Source of the DNA: a virus
Virus genome (UHGV): UHGV-0871375
Length of the DNA: 22,023 nucleotides
Reading direction: 5' to 3' (one strand)
The notes beneath the pieces are model-generated. The model searched no databases. It was not told the DNA's origin and saw only the letters and a list, made by a program, of their open reading frames with translations. Positions within the stretch are counted from its first letter, which is position 1. The number at the start of each line of letters is the position of its first letter. The position numbers and the translations under genes are program-made. Shown here in pieces: positions 8,240-18,186 of the stretch.

Positions 8240-9540
8240 TAATCACCCCATAGTGAAGAAAAGTTACTGCCAGCAGGAGATTGTTGTCCTGGCGTATTCT
8301 GTACTGGCTCCTGATAATCAAACTGTTTTTTAACAGTGCTCAACTTGCTTTCAAGCTGATTTCTAATCTTTCCGATAGAGTCACGAAAAGCCTTTTCGCT
8401 CATTTTGGGGCTTAGGGCACCAACCGCATCGGATAATTTTTTACCCTCAGCATCTGAAAGAGCCCCCATACCCTTAAGGGACTGCACCATAGGAAGGAAA
8501 GTTTGAGCTTTAAAGGTGTCGAGCCTTGCTTCAAAGTTAGCCGCATCAGAGCCAGGAACTGTTGGAAACGCTGAGCGAATTCCTACTGCTTTTGAAAGGC
8601 CGGGGCTTTGCTCTATCTCGTTGAGAGAATCAAGCGCTGTGCTGAACGTATCAACTGCACCCTGAGCGGCGGCCTGCCTGTCAGCGCGGGCTATGTCAGC
8701 CTTTTGCCGAACATCTGCCTGTTTCTGTTTTAGCTCTTCAAGCTTTAACTGATTGCTTTCTCTGGCTATTTGTCTGTCCAGAGCCTTTTCTTGTAATTCT
8801 GCTCTTTGTATTTCGCGGGAAAGAGCAGCATTCTGTGCGCTGATGTTCTGTCCACGTATCTGGATGTCCTGCCCTCTCGCCTGAAGTGCTTCGCTGGCCT
8901 GATTGCTGCGGATTGTCTCTGCCAGTCTGCCTCGGTCAATCTCACGACCAGCTATCTTGTCCTGAACATTGAAGTAATCAATCGGACCAAGCGCAGCCAT
9001 TCCAAGGTGATCAACAAACTCACCAAACCCTGAAGGATTCTGCTGATACATCTGAGCAACGTTGTTAGGGTCAACACCGACGCGAGTCAGTTCCTTGGCG
9101 TTGTTTTGTAGCCATGATTGCATTGCTTCTGGAGACGATGCCGCAAGGCGAGCGCCAGCCGCCAAGGTGCCGATAGAGTTGCGCTGGTCTTCGTCTGCCC
9201 ACTTCATGCCAGACTGAATCTTCTCTAATTGACCAGGATATTTGGTCATCAAATCTCGCACCTGCTGTCGATCACCTGACTGGATGGCTGCCGCATATTC
9301 TTTTTGGAATGCAGCATCCGCTTCCTGTTGCTTTGCGGCTTGATATGTTTGAGCGACACTACCAAGTCCCTGCAACGCCTGAAGGCCGATGTTATTGCGA
9401 CCTGAACGCTCCATTTCGTTGTTCTGGCGAATATAGGCCAACGCCTCACTTACATCACTTGCCTTTGGCGCATTTGAGTTTTGCCCACCGATACCAGCAA
9501 GAAAACCGCCTGAGTTGATTCCTTGTTGCCAAGTAGCCAT
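8239..9540 (-). CDS. ejection protein, P22 gp20-like, 433 aa
   Basis: Size and position in the gp7-gp20-gp16 block; Gly/Ala/Gln-rich composition; coupled stop/start with the next gene. Confidence 0.8.
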   Translation of the reverse strand: MATWQQGINSGGFLAGIGGQNSNAPKASDVSEALAYIRQNNEMERSGRNNIGLQALQGLGSVAQTYQAAKQQEADAAFQKEYAAAIQSGDRQQVRDLMTKYPGQLEKIQSGMKWADEDQRNSIGTLAAGARLAASSPEAMQSWLQNNAKELTRVGVDPNNVAQMYQQNPSGFGEFVDHLGMAALGPIDYFNVQDKIAGREIDRGRLAETIRSNQASEALQARGQDIQIRGQNISAQNAALSREIQRAELQEKALDRQIARESNQLKLEELKQKQADVRQKADIARADRQAAAQGAVDTFSTALDSLNEIEQSPGLSKAVGIRSAFPTVPGSDAANFEARLDTFKAQTFLPMVQSLKGMGALSDAEGKKLSDAVGALSPKMSEKAFRDSIGKIRNQLESKLSTVKKQFDYQEPVQNTPGQQSPAGSNFSSLWGD

Positions 9541-9549
9541 ATTCCCACC

Positions 9550-10224
9550 TTAAAACAATGATCCAAGACCACCGATAATGCCGCCACCAATTGCGCCAAC
9601 AGCCGTACCTATTCCTGGCACCACAGAGCCAATCATCGCCCCTGATGCCGCACCGCTCATGGCACCTCCCAAGGCTGATTGCAGTCCTGATGGTCGGTTA
9701 GCATTAGCCGCAGATGCTGCCGCCTGCTGTTGATACAATTGGCTGACGTTGTTAGCGTAGTTCTGTCCGGCGTTTGCCTGACCTGTAAGAGCACCAAGGC
9801 CGATATTTGCCAGATTGTTGTAGTTGTTCATCTGACCTGACAGCCAGTTTTGACCGAGTGTAGGTGCGATTGCTGCTAACTGGTTTCCTGTTGCTGTAGA
9901 GCCTAATCCACCCGTTGCCTCTGCTGCTGCCAGACTCTGGTAACGCGCCTGCCCTGCAAGGTCTTTATACTGCTGGGAGTTGTAATACTGGTTAAGCGCC
10001 TGACCTTGCCCCTGAAGAGAGGAAAGATTCTGCAACTCTGATACATACTGCTGAGCGAGTGGAGTGAACGGTGCAAGGTTTTGCATGTTCGTCTGCCACA
10101 TTTCACGCTGCAATTCGATACCCTTTTCAGTTGCGCGTGCCTGGGCTTTTGAACCGCCATCACTGCCACCTTTGCAGTAAACAGCTTTGCTGAGGTGCTT
10201 ATTGGCAATCTGGAGAATTAACAT
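9550..10224 (-). CDS. ejection protein, P22 gp7-like, 224 aa
   Basis: Size and position; glycine-rich hydrophobic C-terminus (GAMSGAASGAMIGSVVPGIGTAVGAIGGGIIGG). ATG at 10224 overlaps the upstream gene by 26 nt. Confidence 0.75.
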   Translation of the reverse strand: MLILQIANKHLSKAVYCKGGSDGGSKAQARATEKGIELQREMWQTNMQNLAPFTPLAQQYVSELQNLSSLQGQGQALNQYYNSQQYKDLAGQARYQSLAAAEATGGLGSTATGNQLAAIAPTLGQNWLSGQMNNYNNLANIGLGALTGQANAGQNYANNVSQLYQQQAAASAANANRPSGLQSALGGAMSGAASGAMIGSVVPGIGTAVGAIGGGIIGGLGSLF

Positions 10225-10681
10225 TCTTTAGCTCCTCGTATTTTGAGCGCGGTAACTGATAAATCGTGATGCCTACAGGCTTTCCATTGCTGGTATAAGC
10301 ATCATCAAGGTGACCAACACGGGTAGCGCCAAGCAAACGGATAATTGACCGTCCGTATTTCGTGGTGTCAGGAACCATGGTAATGCTGTTAAGGAATGGT
10401 GAGTTTTCGAGAAGCCATTTGCAGAATAATCGATGCCCTTGCAGTGCATATTCGCCACGGAATCCTGGGTCGTACACCGCATGACATTCAACAACGCTAT
10501 GCCAGAAGTTACGCACTTCATGAACGCCAGCCAGCACTAATCCTTCGTAGATGCCGAGATATACCGCATCAGGCTTGATGTAGTATTTATCTCCACTGTC
10601 TACGATATTTCCCGTGTTTGCCGGGTTGTTGAGGAATTCTGCAAGCTTCACCGGATTATCGATGAGCTTTATTTCCATCAC
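10199..10681 (-). CDS. P22 gp14-like protein, 160 aa
   Basis: Conserved position between tail needle and gp7-like gene; 4-nt ATGA overlap with the needle stop. Confidence 0.7.
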   Translation of the reverse strand: MMEIKLIDNPVKLAEFLNNPANTGNIVDSGDKYYIKPDAVYLGIYEGLVLAGVHEVRNFWHSVVECHAVYDPGFRGEYALQGHRLFCKWLLENSPFLNSITMVPDTTKYGRSIIRLLGATRVGHLDDAYTSNGKPVGITIYQLPRSKYEELKNVNSPDCQ

Positions 10682-11631
10682 TGCTCCGCAATGATTTTGA
10701 TGGTTGTGGCAGTAAACGACGCACCATTAGACTGAATGGTTAACGTACTGCCATTTGTGGCAAGAAAGCCGTCTTTATCCACGCTGAAGAACGTAGCTAA
10801 CAGGATGTTATCGGTTGTTGTCGCCGAGTTGCGACTGCTTACCAGTGTGTCAGGAACAGAGCCGGAAAAGGTTAGCTGCATTGATCTGTTTGCGGTTCCG
10901 CTGGGCCACGTCCCGACGATCGACAGCTTGAAGAACAAGGTTTTGTTCTCGTTGAACACAACCATCTTGTTGTTAACGGTGTCGAAGAATGGTGCCAACG
11001 TTCCGGATGACGGCGTGAGCGTTTTCAGCAAGCTAACAAGGTTAGTCGGCGCTGTCGGGATGGTTACAGATACTCCTGAGTAAACAACCTCTGATTTCTT
11101 GCGCGTGGTGGCATACTCAAGCGCAGATATTCTTGTTGAGTGATCACCAACTGTGCTTTGTAGCGTCGAAATACTTCCTTCTGCCGCTGTGAGCCTGGTA
11201 TCAAGTGCGTCGATATCGGTTTTATTCTGAGTTATGCGCGCATCATGGTTTGCTAACTCAGATTCATTGGCAGCAATTCGTGTCTCGTGATCAGCCAGCT
11301 CTGTTTCAGCAGCCGTAATCCTTGTTTCATGATCTGCAAGAGTGCTTTCCGCTGCTGCAATTCTATGTTCATGATTGATGAGAGTTGCTTCAGCAGCTTC
11401 AATTCTGGATTCATGGTCTGCAAGGGTGACATCCTGCTCATCATTCTTCACCTGTGCATCATAAGCCCCCTTCCCTGCTTCGTTGGCCTTGTTAGCCACG
11501 TTACCAACATCAGCGCCCTGTGCGATAACGTACAGCAGATATGACTGCGAGAAGATATCGCGCGGAAGGACTGATGTGTCGAGCCGCGTAGCCTGGATGA
11601 TTACCGGCTCATTGAGATTCGAATCAGCCAT
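10678..11631 (-). CDS. tail needle (P22 gp26-like) with extended C-terminal knob, 317 aa
   Basis: N-terminus [39 protein letters not shown] matches the P22 gp26 N-terminus; the central part is a heptad coiled coil; the longer C-terminal domain is like the Sf6-type needle knob. Confidence 0.9.
   Translation of the reverse strand: MADSNLNEPVIIQATRLDTSVLPRDIFSQSYLLYVIAQGADVGNVANKANEAGKGAYDAQVKNDEQDVTLADHESRIEAAEATLINHEHRIAAAESTLADHETRITAAETELADHETRIAANESELANHDARITQNKTDIDALDTRLTAAEGSISTLQSTVGDHSTRISALEYATTRKKSEVVYSGVSVTIPTAPTNLVSLLKTLTPSSGTLAPFFDTVNNKMVVFNENKTLFFKLSIVGTWPSGTANRSMQLTFSGSVPDTLVSSRNSATTTDNILLATFFSVDKDGFLATNGSTLTIQSNGASFTATTIKIIAEQ
11212..11424 (-). repeat. five tandem 42-bp (14-aa) coding repeats inside the tail needle gene
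   Basis: Protein repeats [14 protein letters not shown] / [14 protein letters not shown] / [14 protein letters not shown] / [14 protein letters not shown] / [14 protein letters not shown]; the DNA periodicity shows up as repetitive antisense ORFs in the track. Confidence 0.8.
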
Positions 11632-13049
11632 TACTCAATCCTTATCTGGCAACCAGACAGAGTGACAGGTGACTTCGTGATAACGCGCAATTTGAAGCCG
11701 ACATTTTTCCTGATGCGCCCTACTCGCTTCCACAAAACACGTTTGTCGTAAACGAACGGTTCATTCTGCTCAATCATCTGCTCACGCCCGTAATTGATGC
11801 CGTCAGTGGTTGCAGAGAGAAAAAGGCGGTCAGCATACTGCGCAACGCCAGTTGACGACTCAACCTCAAGGTCGAAAACTCTGGCGTTATCCGCTTTGAA
11901 CAACGGAGTAAACAGCAGGTGTTCCTGTTGCTTGTCGTACTGGCTGCTGATATCGAACTGCAATCTCCCTGTCATCGATTCAAGCTTATCGCCGCACGTA
12001 ATTTGGTTGCCTTCGTAAATGAAGTCGATAGCGCGGTACACATCGTCATACAGGCCTGTTTTCAGTACACACCATTGCGGACCATTGGCGCTTGAAGATG
12101 CGTCGTACACGAGGACGTGGCGCGGCAGGTGAATAATCAGCAACTCATGAGCATCAAACCGCAACGATTCCATCACGCCATCAGCCAGTTCATCAGCAGT
12201 GTAGGAGCGGAGGATTTTCTCAATGCTCGCGCTGGCTATTGGTGATACCTGACCGGAGCCGATGATATACACAGACGGCGCACCTGTTGCCGGATTGCTG
12301 ATGAACGCATACGAATCGGCGAACGGCGTTTTGCAGTAAGTCCCGGCAATACCTTTCTGCACCATCAGCGATGGCTGTGCGACATACAAAGCAGCACCAA
12401 CTGTGGTTGCACCAGTCAGGGAGAAATATTCAATCGTCGATGAACCAAAGCAGACGATGAAGTCTCGCCATGTTCCGATACCGATGATGCCGTCCGGCTG
12501 AGACTCGGCACGATATTGTGCGCTGTAACGGTCAGGATGAGATTCGTCTTCAGGGTCAGTGATGAACCATGAATCCGTGCCGTCTTTTGACCACGCATAA
12601 CGCCCACGTAAGCGAGTAATGTCACGAACCGAACCTAACTCGTACTGTGTGAATCCGCTGTCTGTAGGCCAGTTTGAGACGGTTTTAACCGTGCCATCAT
12701 AGCGATACTCAACCAGTTGACCATTAACGCCTACCGCCTGTGATGTCCGGCCATGCGCCATTGATACACGACCACTTCCGGCGACATCACCAACCTCGCT
12801 TTCTCCTTTGTACAGTTTGCCACCACACACGCGATAAACAGCACTCTGCGCCATGTTGTACTCGACGCCGCGCGATACACCGTTCACATCAGAGCGTTTG
12901 GCAATGCCCGGGAATGAGCGAAGATATCCGCTGCTGTTCAGGATTTCTTTGGGTGTAGCCAACATATTCACTGGCAGATAGTCGATATAGTCGGCGTTTC
13001 GAAAGTCTTTGCCGACACCTTTCATAAGCGGAAGTTGCTGAATCGGCAT
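11631..13049 (-). CDS. tail hub / head-completion protein, P22 gp10-like, 472 aa
   Basis: Same length as P22 gp10 and recognisably the same protein along its length ([16 protein letters not shown]...[17 protein letters not shown]). Confidence 0.95.
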   Translation of the reverse strand: MPIQQLPLMKGVGKDFRNADYIDYLPVNMLATPKEILNSSGYLRSFPGIAKRSDVNGVSRGVEYNMAQSAVYRVCGGKLYKGESEVGDVAGSGRVSMAHGRTSQAVGVNGQLVEYRYDGTVKTVSNWPTDSGFTQYELGSVRDITRLRGRYAWSKDGTDSWFITDPEDESHPDRYSAQYRAESQPDGIIGIGTWRDFIVCFGSSTIEYFSLTGATTVGAALYVAQPSLMVQKGIAGTYCKTPFADSYAFISNPATGAPSVYIIGSGQVSPIASASIEKILRSYTADELADGVMESLRFDAHELLIIHLPRHVLVYDASSSANGPQWCVLKTGLYDDVYRAIDFIYEGNQITCGDKLESMTGRLQFDISSQYDKQQEHLLFTPLFKADNARVFDLEVESSTGVAQYADRLFLSATTDGINYGREQMIEQNEPFVYDKRVLWKRVGRIRKNVGFKLRVITKSPVTLSGCQIRIE

Positions 13050-13058
13050 TTATTCACC

Positions 13059-13520
13059 TCACGTACTCGGATCATCTTTCTCGATGTAAAACCGATTCCA
13101 CGTAAACGCGCTTTTGTTACCACTACCGCGAGGCATGTCATTTCGCCGCTCAAGTGGTGGTATTTTGGTTAAAGCGATACAGATTGTTTGATATGCACTG
13201 TCAGCAGCGGTAAGGAGAGCGTCTGACGGCTGAATGACGTTATCCATGCACACTTGCACAGCGAGTTTCAAAGCGACGCCATCATTTGCCCATGCAGGGA
13301 TACCTGAATCATCGTCAGGTAACGGCATGATGCCGTTTTCTGTATCAGCAAACTGATACCCAAGCTCGATACCTTTCGCCAGCCATGCTGCCATCATGTC
13401 TTCGAGGTCATTAATGGCATCTTCAATTGCCTGAGGGTCAGCATCTGTCAACGTGGCATTGGAATACAGCCCGGCTTTTCGTAAAGCCTTTAGAACGAGA
13501 TCACCCTTCGTTTTCGCCAT
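13059..13520 (-). CDS. portal-closure / tail accessory protein, P22 gp4-like, 153 aa
   Basis: Size and position between coat and gp10-like genes. Confidence 0.8.
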   Translation of the reverse strand: MAKTKGDLVLKALRKAGLYSNATLTDADPQAIEDAINDLEDMMAAWLAKGIELGYQFADTENGIMPLPDDDSGIPAWANDGVALKLAVQVCMDNVIQPSDALLTAADSAYQTICIALTKIPPLERRNDMPRGSGNKSAFTWNRFYIEKDDPST

Positions 13521-13689
13521 CTTCTTCCGCCTTAGCCACTTTTTGCTTCGTTGCGGTTTCTTCAGGAGTTTTTACCCAACCTTTTTTCAGGTGAGATTTA
13601 ACTTCTTCGTCATCAACAATGATGTAATCGACAGCAAACTGACCACAGGTGATCATGTTGCCAGGCTTATAGAGCATTGTTCGTGCCAT
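13501..13689 (-). CDS. small hypothetical protein (62 aa) between coat and gp4-like genes (Sf6 gene 6 position)
   Basis: ATG at 13689 preceded by GGGAGAAG RBS; the ORF track's start at 13728 is further upstream. Acidic C-terminus; 20-nt overlap with the gp4-like gene. Confidence 0.5.
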   Translation of the reverse strand: MARTMLYKPGNMITCGQFAVDYIIVDDEEVKSHLKKGWVKTPEETATKQKVAKAEEDGENEG

Positions 13690-13730
13690 TGTCTTCTCCC
13701 AATAAAAATGGGGCCGAAGCCCCACCAAAA

Positions 13731-14984
13731 TTACTGCCCGGCAATAACGATGCCCGTATATTCAGGAACAAGTACAGAGCAACCGTACAGAGTGGTGAAA
13801 CGAGCAGTGGTTACGCCTTTGATGTGGTCGAAGGCGTAAGACATGATCAGCGTAGCGCCCTGCTCGGTGGTTGCTGTCATTACCTGTGGACCCTGACCAG
13901 TCGGGAACGCCAGTTTGCCGTACATCAGCTCAACAGAACCATCAGCCCAGAACAGGTTAGCCGGTGCAGCATTCTTGTTGAGAATGGTGATTGCTGCGCT
14001 ATTTGCCGCGTTAGCATCAACGTTTGCATATGGTCGGCTGGCGACATCCGCGTTGTCAGGCGGCAGAATTTTCGGGGAGATAGTTACTGTCGTTCCGCTT
14101 ACTGCCAGAACGCGGAATACCTGCGGCTGCCAGGTGGTATCTTTGGTGATCTGGTGTACAGAATTCACCCCTGCAATGGTAAACGCATCACCAACCTGCA
14201 AACCTTCAGCAGATACCGTAATGGTCCCCTGTCGGTTATCAACTGGCATATCGTTAGCATCTTTCGCTTCAACTTTGTGCGCAGGTGCTGCTGCCAGCGT
14301 AATGGAAGTTGCTGTCCCTTTCGGAACACGACCAGAAATATCGGTCTTGTAGCTATCAAAGGAAGCAACCGGAGGGATCTGCGCTTTTTCGTATGCTGTC
14401 AGGGTTGCGCCCTGAGCGTAGGCACGATGACCAAGCTCGCCAGCAAGGTCTTTGTAGTTGAAGGGGTTCCAGAAAGAGCGACGGTTGATACCCTGCGGTA
14501 CACCAATCGCCGTCATGGTGGCATCAATACCTGCCGCACAGTTCCACAAATCACGGCCCTGTGAACCAGTGGTTGAGTCAGACATTGTGATCACGTTAGT
14601 AGCACGCTGCGTAACCATGGAAATCAGGTCAGAGTCAATCTGTGCAGCAAGGCGCATACCTGCGGAGCGACCAGCTTCAGTTTTATGCTCAGGGTCACGC
14701 ATTTCACGCGCATCCAGAGTGTACAGAATGTTTTTCGGCTCCTTGAATACAGAAGGAACAAGGCGCTGAACCAGTGCTGTAGGTGTTTTTCCGCTGAGGT
14801 CGAGGCCTTCCTCAATGTTCATGTGGTAATGCTGCGGACGATACAGAACATCACCTGCTCGCTGCATTGCTGTATCACCGGGACGGAATTTTTTAGCGTT
14901 ACGGGAAACTACGCAGGCGGCCTCAAAGCCTTCAACGTAGTTTTCGAACATGATTTCAAGGTCTTTTGCTAATTGGTTAGCCAT
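13731..14984 (-). CDS. major coat protein, P22/Sf6-type, 417 aa
   Basis: Position after scaffold; C-terminal region (ANVDANAANSAAITILNKNAAPANLFWADGSVEL) matches the P22 coat family as recalled. Confidence 0.9.
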   Translation of the reverse strand: MANQLAKDLEIMFENYVEGFEAACVVSRNAKKFRPGDTAMQRAGDVLYRPQHYHMNIEEGLDLSGKTPTALVQRLVPSVFKEPKNILYTLDAREMRDPEHKTEAGRSAGMRLAAQIDSDLISMVTQRATNVITMSDSTTGSQGRDLWNCAAGIDATMTAIGVPQGINRRSFWNPFNYKDLAGELGHRAYAQGATLTAYEKAQIPPVASFDSYKTDISGRVPKGTATSITLAAAPAHKVEAKDANDMPVDNRQGTITVSAEGLQVGDAFTIAGVNSVHQITKDTTWQPQVFRVLAVSGTTVTISPKILPPDNADVASRPYANVDANAANSAAITILNKNAAPANLFWADGSVELMYGKLAFPTGQGPQVMTATTEQGATLIMSYAFDHIKGVTTARFTTLYGCSVLVPEYTGIVIAGQ

Positions 14985-15002
14985 GCTTAATGCTCCGATA
15001 GG

Positions 15003-15896
15003 TTATTTTTTTGCCTTTTTAGCGGCGAAATACGGCGTCCAGTCACCAGTTTCCAGCGCCTTGGCTTTCAGTTTGTCGAGGTTATTGATTACTGCGCCGT
15101 TGCTCCCCTTAACTGTCGGGGTTGTGGCTGCCGTGGTTTTTGCTTTTGGCATGATTCTGGCCTTCGATTCGATACGTTCCAGCAGACGACCGATTGCTAC
15201 GGGGTTGGTAGCTTCTGCCAGTTGCTTGCGCAGTTCAGCGTTGCGACCGAGCGCCAGAACAACGATTTCCGGCTTCTCTGACTCAAACAGGATCGCGTTT
15301 TGTGTCTCGATGGGGATTTCCTCGAGTACGGCCTGTTCTGCTTCCTGATAGCCAGGAACCTTGAGAGCCTTAACACGTTGCTGATATTTGGATAATCGCT
15401 CTTGATAGGCAGCCTGAAGCTCCTGCTCCTTCTGCTTGCGAGCCATCTCCTGTTGCTGGTACTTGCCGTTATCCTCTGCCCACTTAGCCATGCGTTGCTG
15501 ATAGATTTCTTCATCGAAACCGATGTCCTCATCATCCAGTTTTGGCATTCGCGGTGGTTGAGTGATTACCGGCTGCTGCTCGACGGGTTTCTGAGACTGA
15601 CGCATCAGCTCTTTCAGCTCACGGTCTTTCTCTTTAATCGTCTTGCGCAAGTGTTTTACCAGTCCATGCTCTGCGCCATCTTCGCTGGTTGGCGAATCCA
15701 GCTTTTCGTCACCAAAGTAGAATTCCTGTTCTGATTCGTCGTCATCAGTGTCAGTAGCTTCCTCTGCATCATTTCCTGAGGACTCACTGCCATCTGCTGT
15801 TTCGACTTCTTCAGCCAGTTCGACATCATCAGGAATCTGCTCTGACGCGTCGGTTTCGATTTCAACTTCTGGTGTGTTTTCTGCCATCTGGTCCAT
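15003..15896 (-). CDS. scaffolding protein, 297 aa
   Basis: Strongly acidic N-terminus, charged coiled-coil composition (KEKDRELKELMRQ..., QQQEMARKQKEQELQAAYQERL), position between portal and coat. Confidence 0.85.
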   Translation of the reverse strand: MDQMAENTPEVEIETDASEQIPDDVELAEEVETADGSESSGNDAEEATDTDDDESEQEFYFGDEKLDSPTSEDGAEHGLVKHLRKTIKEKDRELKELMRQSQKPVEQQPVITQPPRMPKLDDEDIGFDEEIYQQRMAKWAEDNGKYQQQEMARKQKEQELQAAYQERLSKYQQRVKALKVPGYQEAEQAVLEEIPIETQNAILFESEKPEIVVLALGRNAELRKQLAEATNPVAIGRLLERIESKARIMPKAKTTAATTPTVKGSNGAVINNLDKLKAKALETGDWTPYFAAKKAKK

Positions 15897-15986
15897 TTGT
15901 TACCCCTGTTTACTCGATGTTCAGCCCATCGGAAGGCAATAGGGTGCCAGGCCTCATAAAGACAGCCATTGCACGTTATGGGTTAA

Positions 15987-18185
15987 TTACTGCTGTGGTT
16001 GTTGCTGAGTTGATTTTTGTAGGATGCTGCTGATGTCCATGCGCTGCGCATGACCCTGTGCCTGACTTTTCAGGACAAGCTCTGCATCAGCACGGGCATT
16101 GTCTCCTTGCTGTTGCTGGAACTGTCCGAGCAGTTTCAGAGCCTCGCGGATATCAGATTTCTGCTGACTATCGGCAGATGCGAGGATTTTCACAACATTT
16201 GCCGCAGCAACCTGAGCATCAGTCTGTGCCTGGAATGCTTTAACCTGAATGGCTTCCTGTTCGTTCTGCGCTTTCTGCAATTCAGCCTGACCAGCAAGAA
16301 GCTGACCTTGCGCTGCAACCATAGCCGGATCTGGCTGACTGGCCTGTTGTTGTTTCGCCTGCTCAACCATCTGCTGCTCTTCTGGCGTTCTCGGCTTGAT
16401 AACTCCAGACAGAAGCAACTGATTGCGGTTGTATTCTTTAAGGTCATCCATCCCTTCGCCGTCCATATTGTCGAGAATCATCGACGATACAAGGTCGTGC
16501 TTCGGCGTTCCTGGTGGGATAAGTGCCAGCATGGAAAGTAACGACTTAACCGTTGCATCACGGCGAGTAGCGAACGACTGACCGACATCGACAGTCACTT
16601 CATAGTTACCCTGCGAAAGGTCGTTAAGCGCGATAACCTGGCCTGTCTGACGGTCAACCACTTCACCAGTCATCAGCGCCACGTCATCGCTGCCGTCCTC
16701 ATTAACGATACGCATCGGCGTATCGCTGCCATAGACTTCACGAGCCATAGAAAGCCACACAACGCCAGCGCGACGCATGGATTTAGCCATGTTGTCCATG
16801 TAGATATAGGACTGCGTATCCATCCGGTTAAAGATGCTATCAACGGTATCGGTAGCAACGTTGCTCGGCATGTTCTCAAGCTGCGACGCGCCTGTAATTT
16901 GCTGAATAGCCGTTCCGGTGTACTGCAATAGCCCGGCAAGAGCAGGAGGCATTTGTGTCGGAGGTGTATAACTGCTGACCTGAGCCTGCGCAGTAATATC
17001 TCCGTTTTTGTTTTTCAGACTTACCATCGGCAGGAACGCCGGGCGCTTTTTGTTGCGCTCCGCCCAATGAGTGGCGAGAGGACCAGGAATCATGTCAACA
17101 TCAACTACAGGAATTCCATCACCGCCAGCCTGAGTAGCGTTATCTGCAATCATGGAAACCATCAGGTTCTCAAGACGCTGTGCATCCATCGCTTTTGCTG
17201 CGTGGCCTTCGATTCGCTCCTGATTATCAACAAATGAGCGACGCCCATATACCGGGATGAGTGGAATATGTTCGCCCGGAATACGCTTCGGTTCTTCCAG
17301 CCATTCAGCGCCAGACAGAAGACCGCAATAAACGCGGCGTTTCTTCACTGTCCGCTCACCGATCAGTTCGAATGAACCATCGGTTAGCTCGTCGACAATA
17401 TCTTTGATTTGATCTTCATCATAGATTGCCGTTTCTCCGCTAACAGGGTTGCGCCATGCTGAGAGCTTCACCTTCTCTATGCGAACTTCGTAGTAGCGTC
17501 CAACATAGATGGCATCAGGCGTTGACCAGTCATATTGAGTGCCAGTGTCATCACGAGAAAGGCTTGCCGCAATGGAATCAGGGTATTCAGCCTCGAACGC
17601 TTTAGGCGTCATGGAGAACATTTCCATAGCCCACATAGCATCAGAGCGGTCATATTGCTTGCTGTCCTGATCGAAGAAAACGCATGTCGCTGGGTCGTAA
17701 ACAGGAAGAAGGCTGATGCGTCGCTGCTCGTTACTCGGATCCATTTCATCTTCGTAATCGGCACACATGCGGAAACAACCGAATCCGCCCGTTACAGCAT
17801 CATCAAATGCGTTATCACACGCTTCACCACCGGATGTTTCCTGATAGTCAGCGCGGAATTTGCCGTTCATCTTTTCGGCTAACGCTTCCGATGCCTTGTC
17901 ATCCTTCGGCCTGAATTTAACGCTGATGCGATTCTGTCGATACTCGCCAATGATGCGATCACATTCACGGGCAATCTTATTCAGTTCAAAACGCGGGTAA
18001 TGCTCAAACCTGCCCTCATCAAACGAGTAACCAGCGTTTGTGCTACCTTCCCACTGTGCGCCGGACACCCTGACGAAACGTTGAGCCTCAATAATCTGCT
18101 CACGCATATCCTGCGTTGCTGACCAGGCATTATCAAAGTTGCACAGCACCTTGCGATGCCAGTCAGTCATCTTTTTTTCTGCCAT
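15987..18185 (-). CDS. portal protein, P22 gp1 / Sf6 gp3 family, 732 aa
   Basis: Length and conserved segments (EHIPLIPVYG..., C-terminal PAMVAAQGQLLAGQAELQKAQNE barrel region) match the P22-family portal. Confidence 0.95.
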   Translation of the reverse strand: MAEKKMTDWHRKVLCNFDNAWSATQDMREQIIEAQRFVRVSGAQWEGSTNAGYSFDEGRFEHYPRFELNKIARECDRIIGEYRQNRISVKFRPKDDKASEALAEKMNGKFRADYQETSGGEACDNAFDDAVTGGFGCFRMCADYEDEMDPSNEQRRISLLPVYDPATCVFFDQDSKQYDRSDAMWAMEMFSMTPKAFEAEYPDSIAASLSRDDTGTQYDWSTPDAIYVGRYYEVRIEKVKLSAWRNPVSGETAIYDEDQIKDIVDELTDGSFELIGERTVKKRRVYCGLLSGAEWLEEPKRIPGEHIPLIPVYGRRSFVDNQERIEGHAAKAMDAQRLENLMVSMIADNATQAGGDGIPVVDVDMIPGPLATHWAERNKKRPAFLPMVSLKNKNGDITAQAQVSSYTPPTQMPPALAGLLQYTGTAIQQITGASQLENMPSNVATDTVDSIFNRMDTQSYIYMDNMAKSMRRAGVVWLSMAREVYGSDTPMRIVNEDGSDDVALMTGEVVDRQTGQVIALNDLSQGNYEVTVDVGQSFATRRDATVKSLLSMLALIPPGTPKHDLVSSMILDNMDGEGMDDLKEYNRNQLLLSGVIKPRTPEEQQMVEQAKQQQASQPDPAMVAAQGQLLAGQAELQKAQNEQEAIQVKAFQAQTDAQVAAANVVKILASADSQQKSDIREALKLLGQFQQQQGDNARADAELVLKSQAQGHAQRMDISSILQKSTQQQPQQ

Positions 18186-18186
18186 A

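Noticed and set aside
9903-10208. 101-aa minus-strand ORF nested in the gp7-like gene
   Set aside because: Alternative frame inside a well-supported structural gene; Arg/Cys-rich, junk-like translation.
11212-11424. Tandem repeats as a possible CRISPR array
   Set aside because: Only ~42-bp imperfect repeats with no spacers, entirely inside a coding coiled coil.
13677-14564. 295-aa plus-strand ORF
   Set aside because: Antisense to the coat protein gene; Cys/Arg-rich, non-protein-like translation.
16050-16541. 163-aa plus-strand ORF
   Set aside because: Antisense to the portal gene; leucine-rich reverse-frame artefact.
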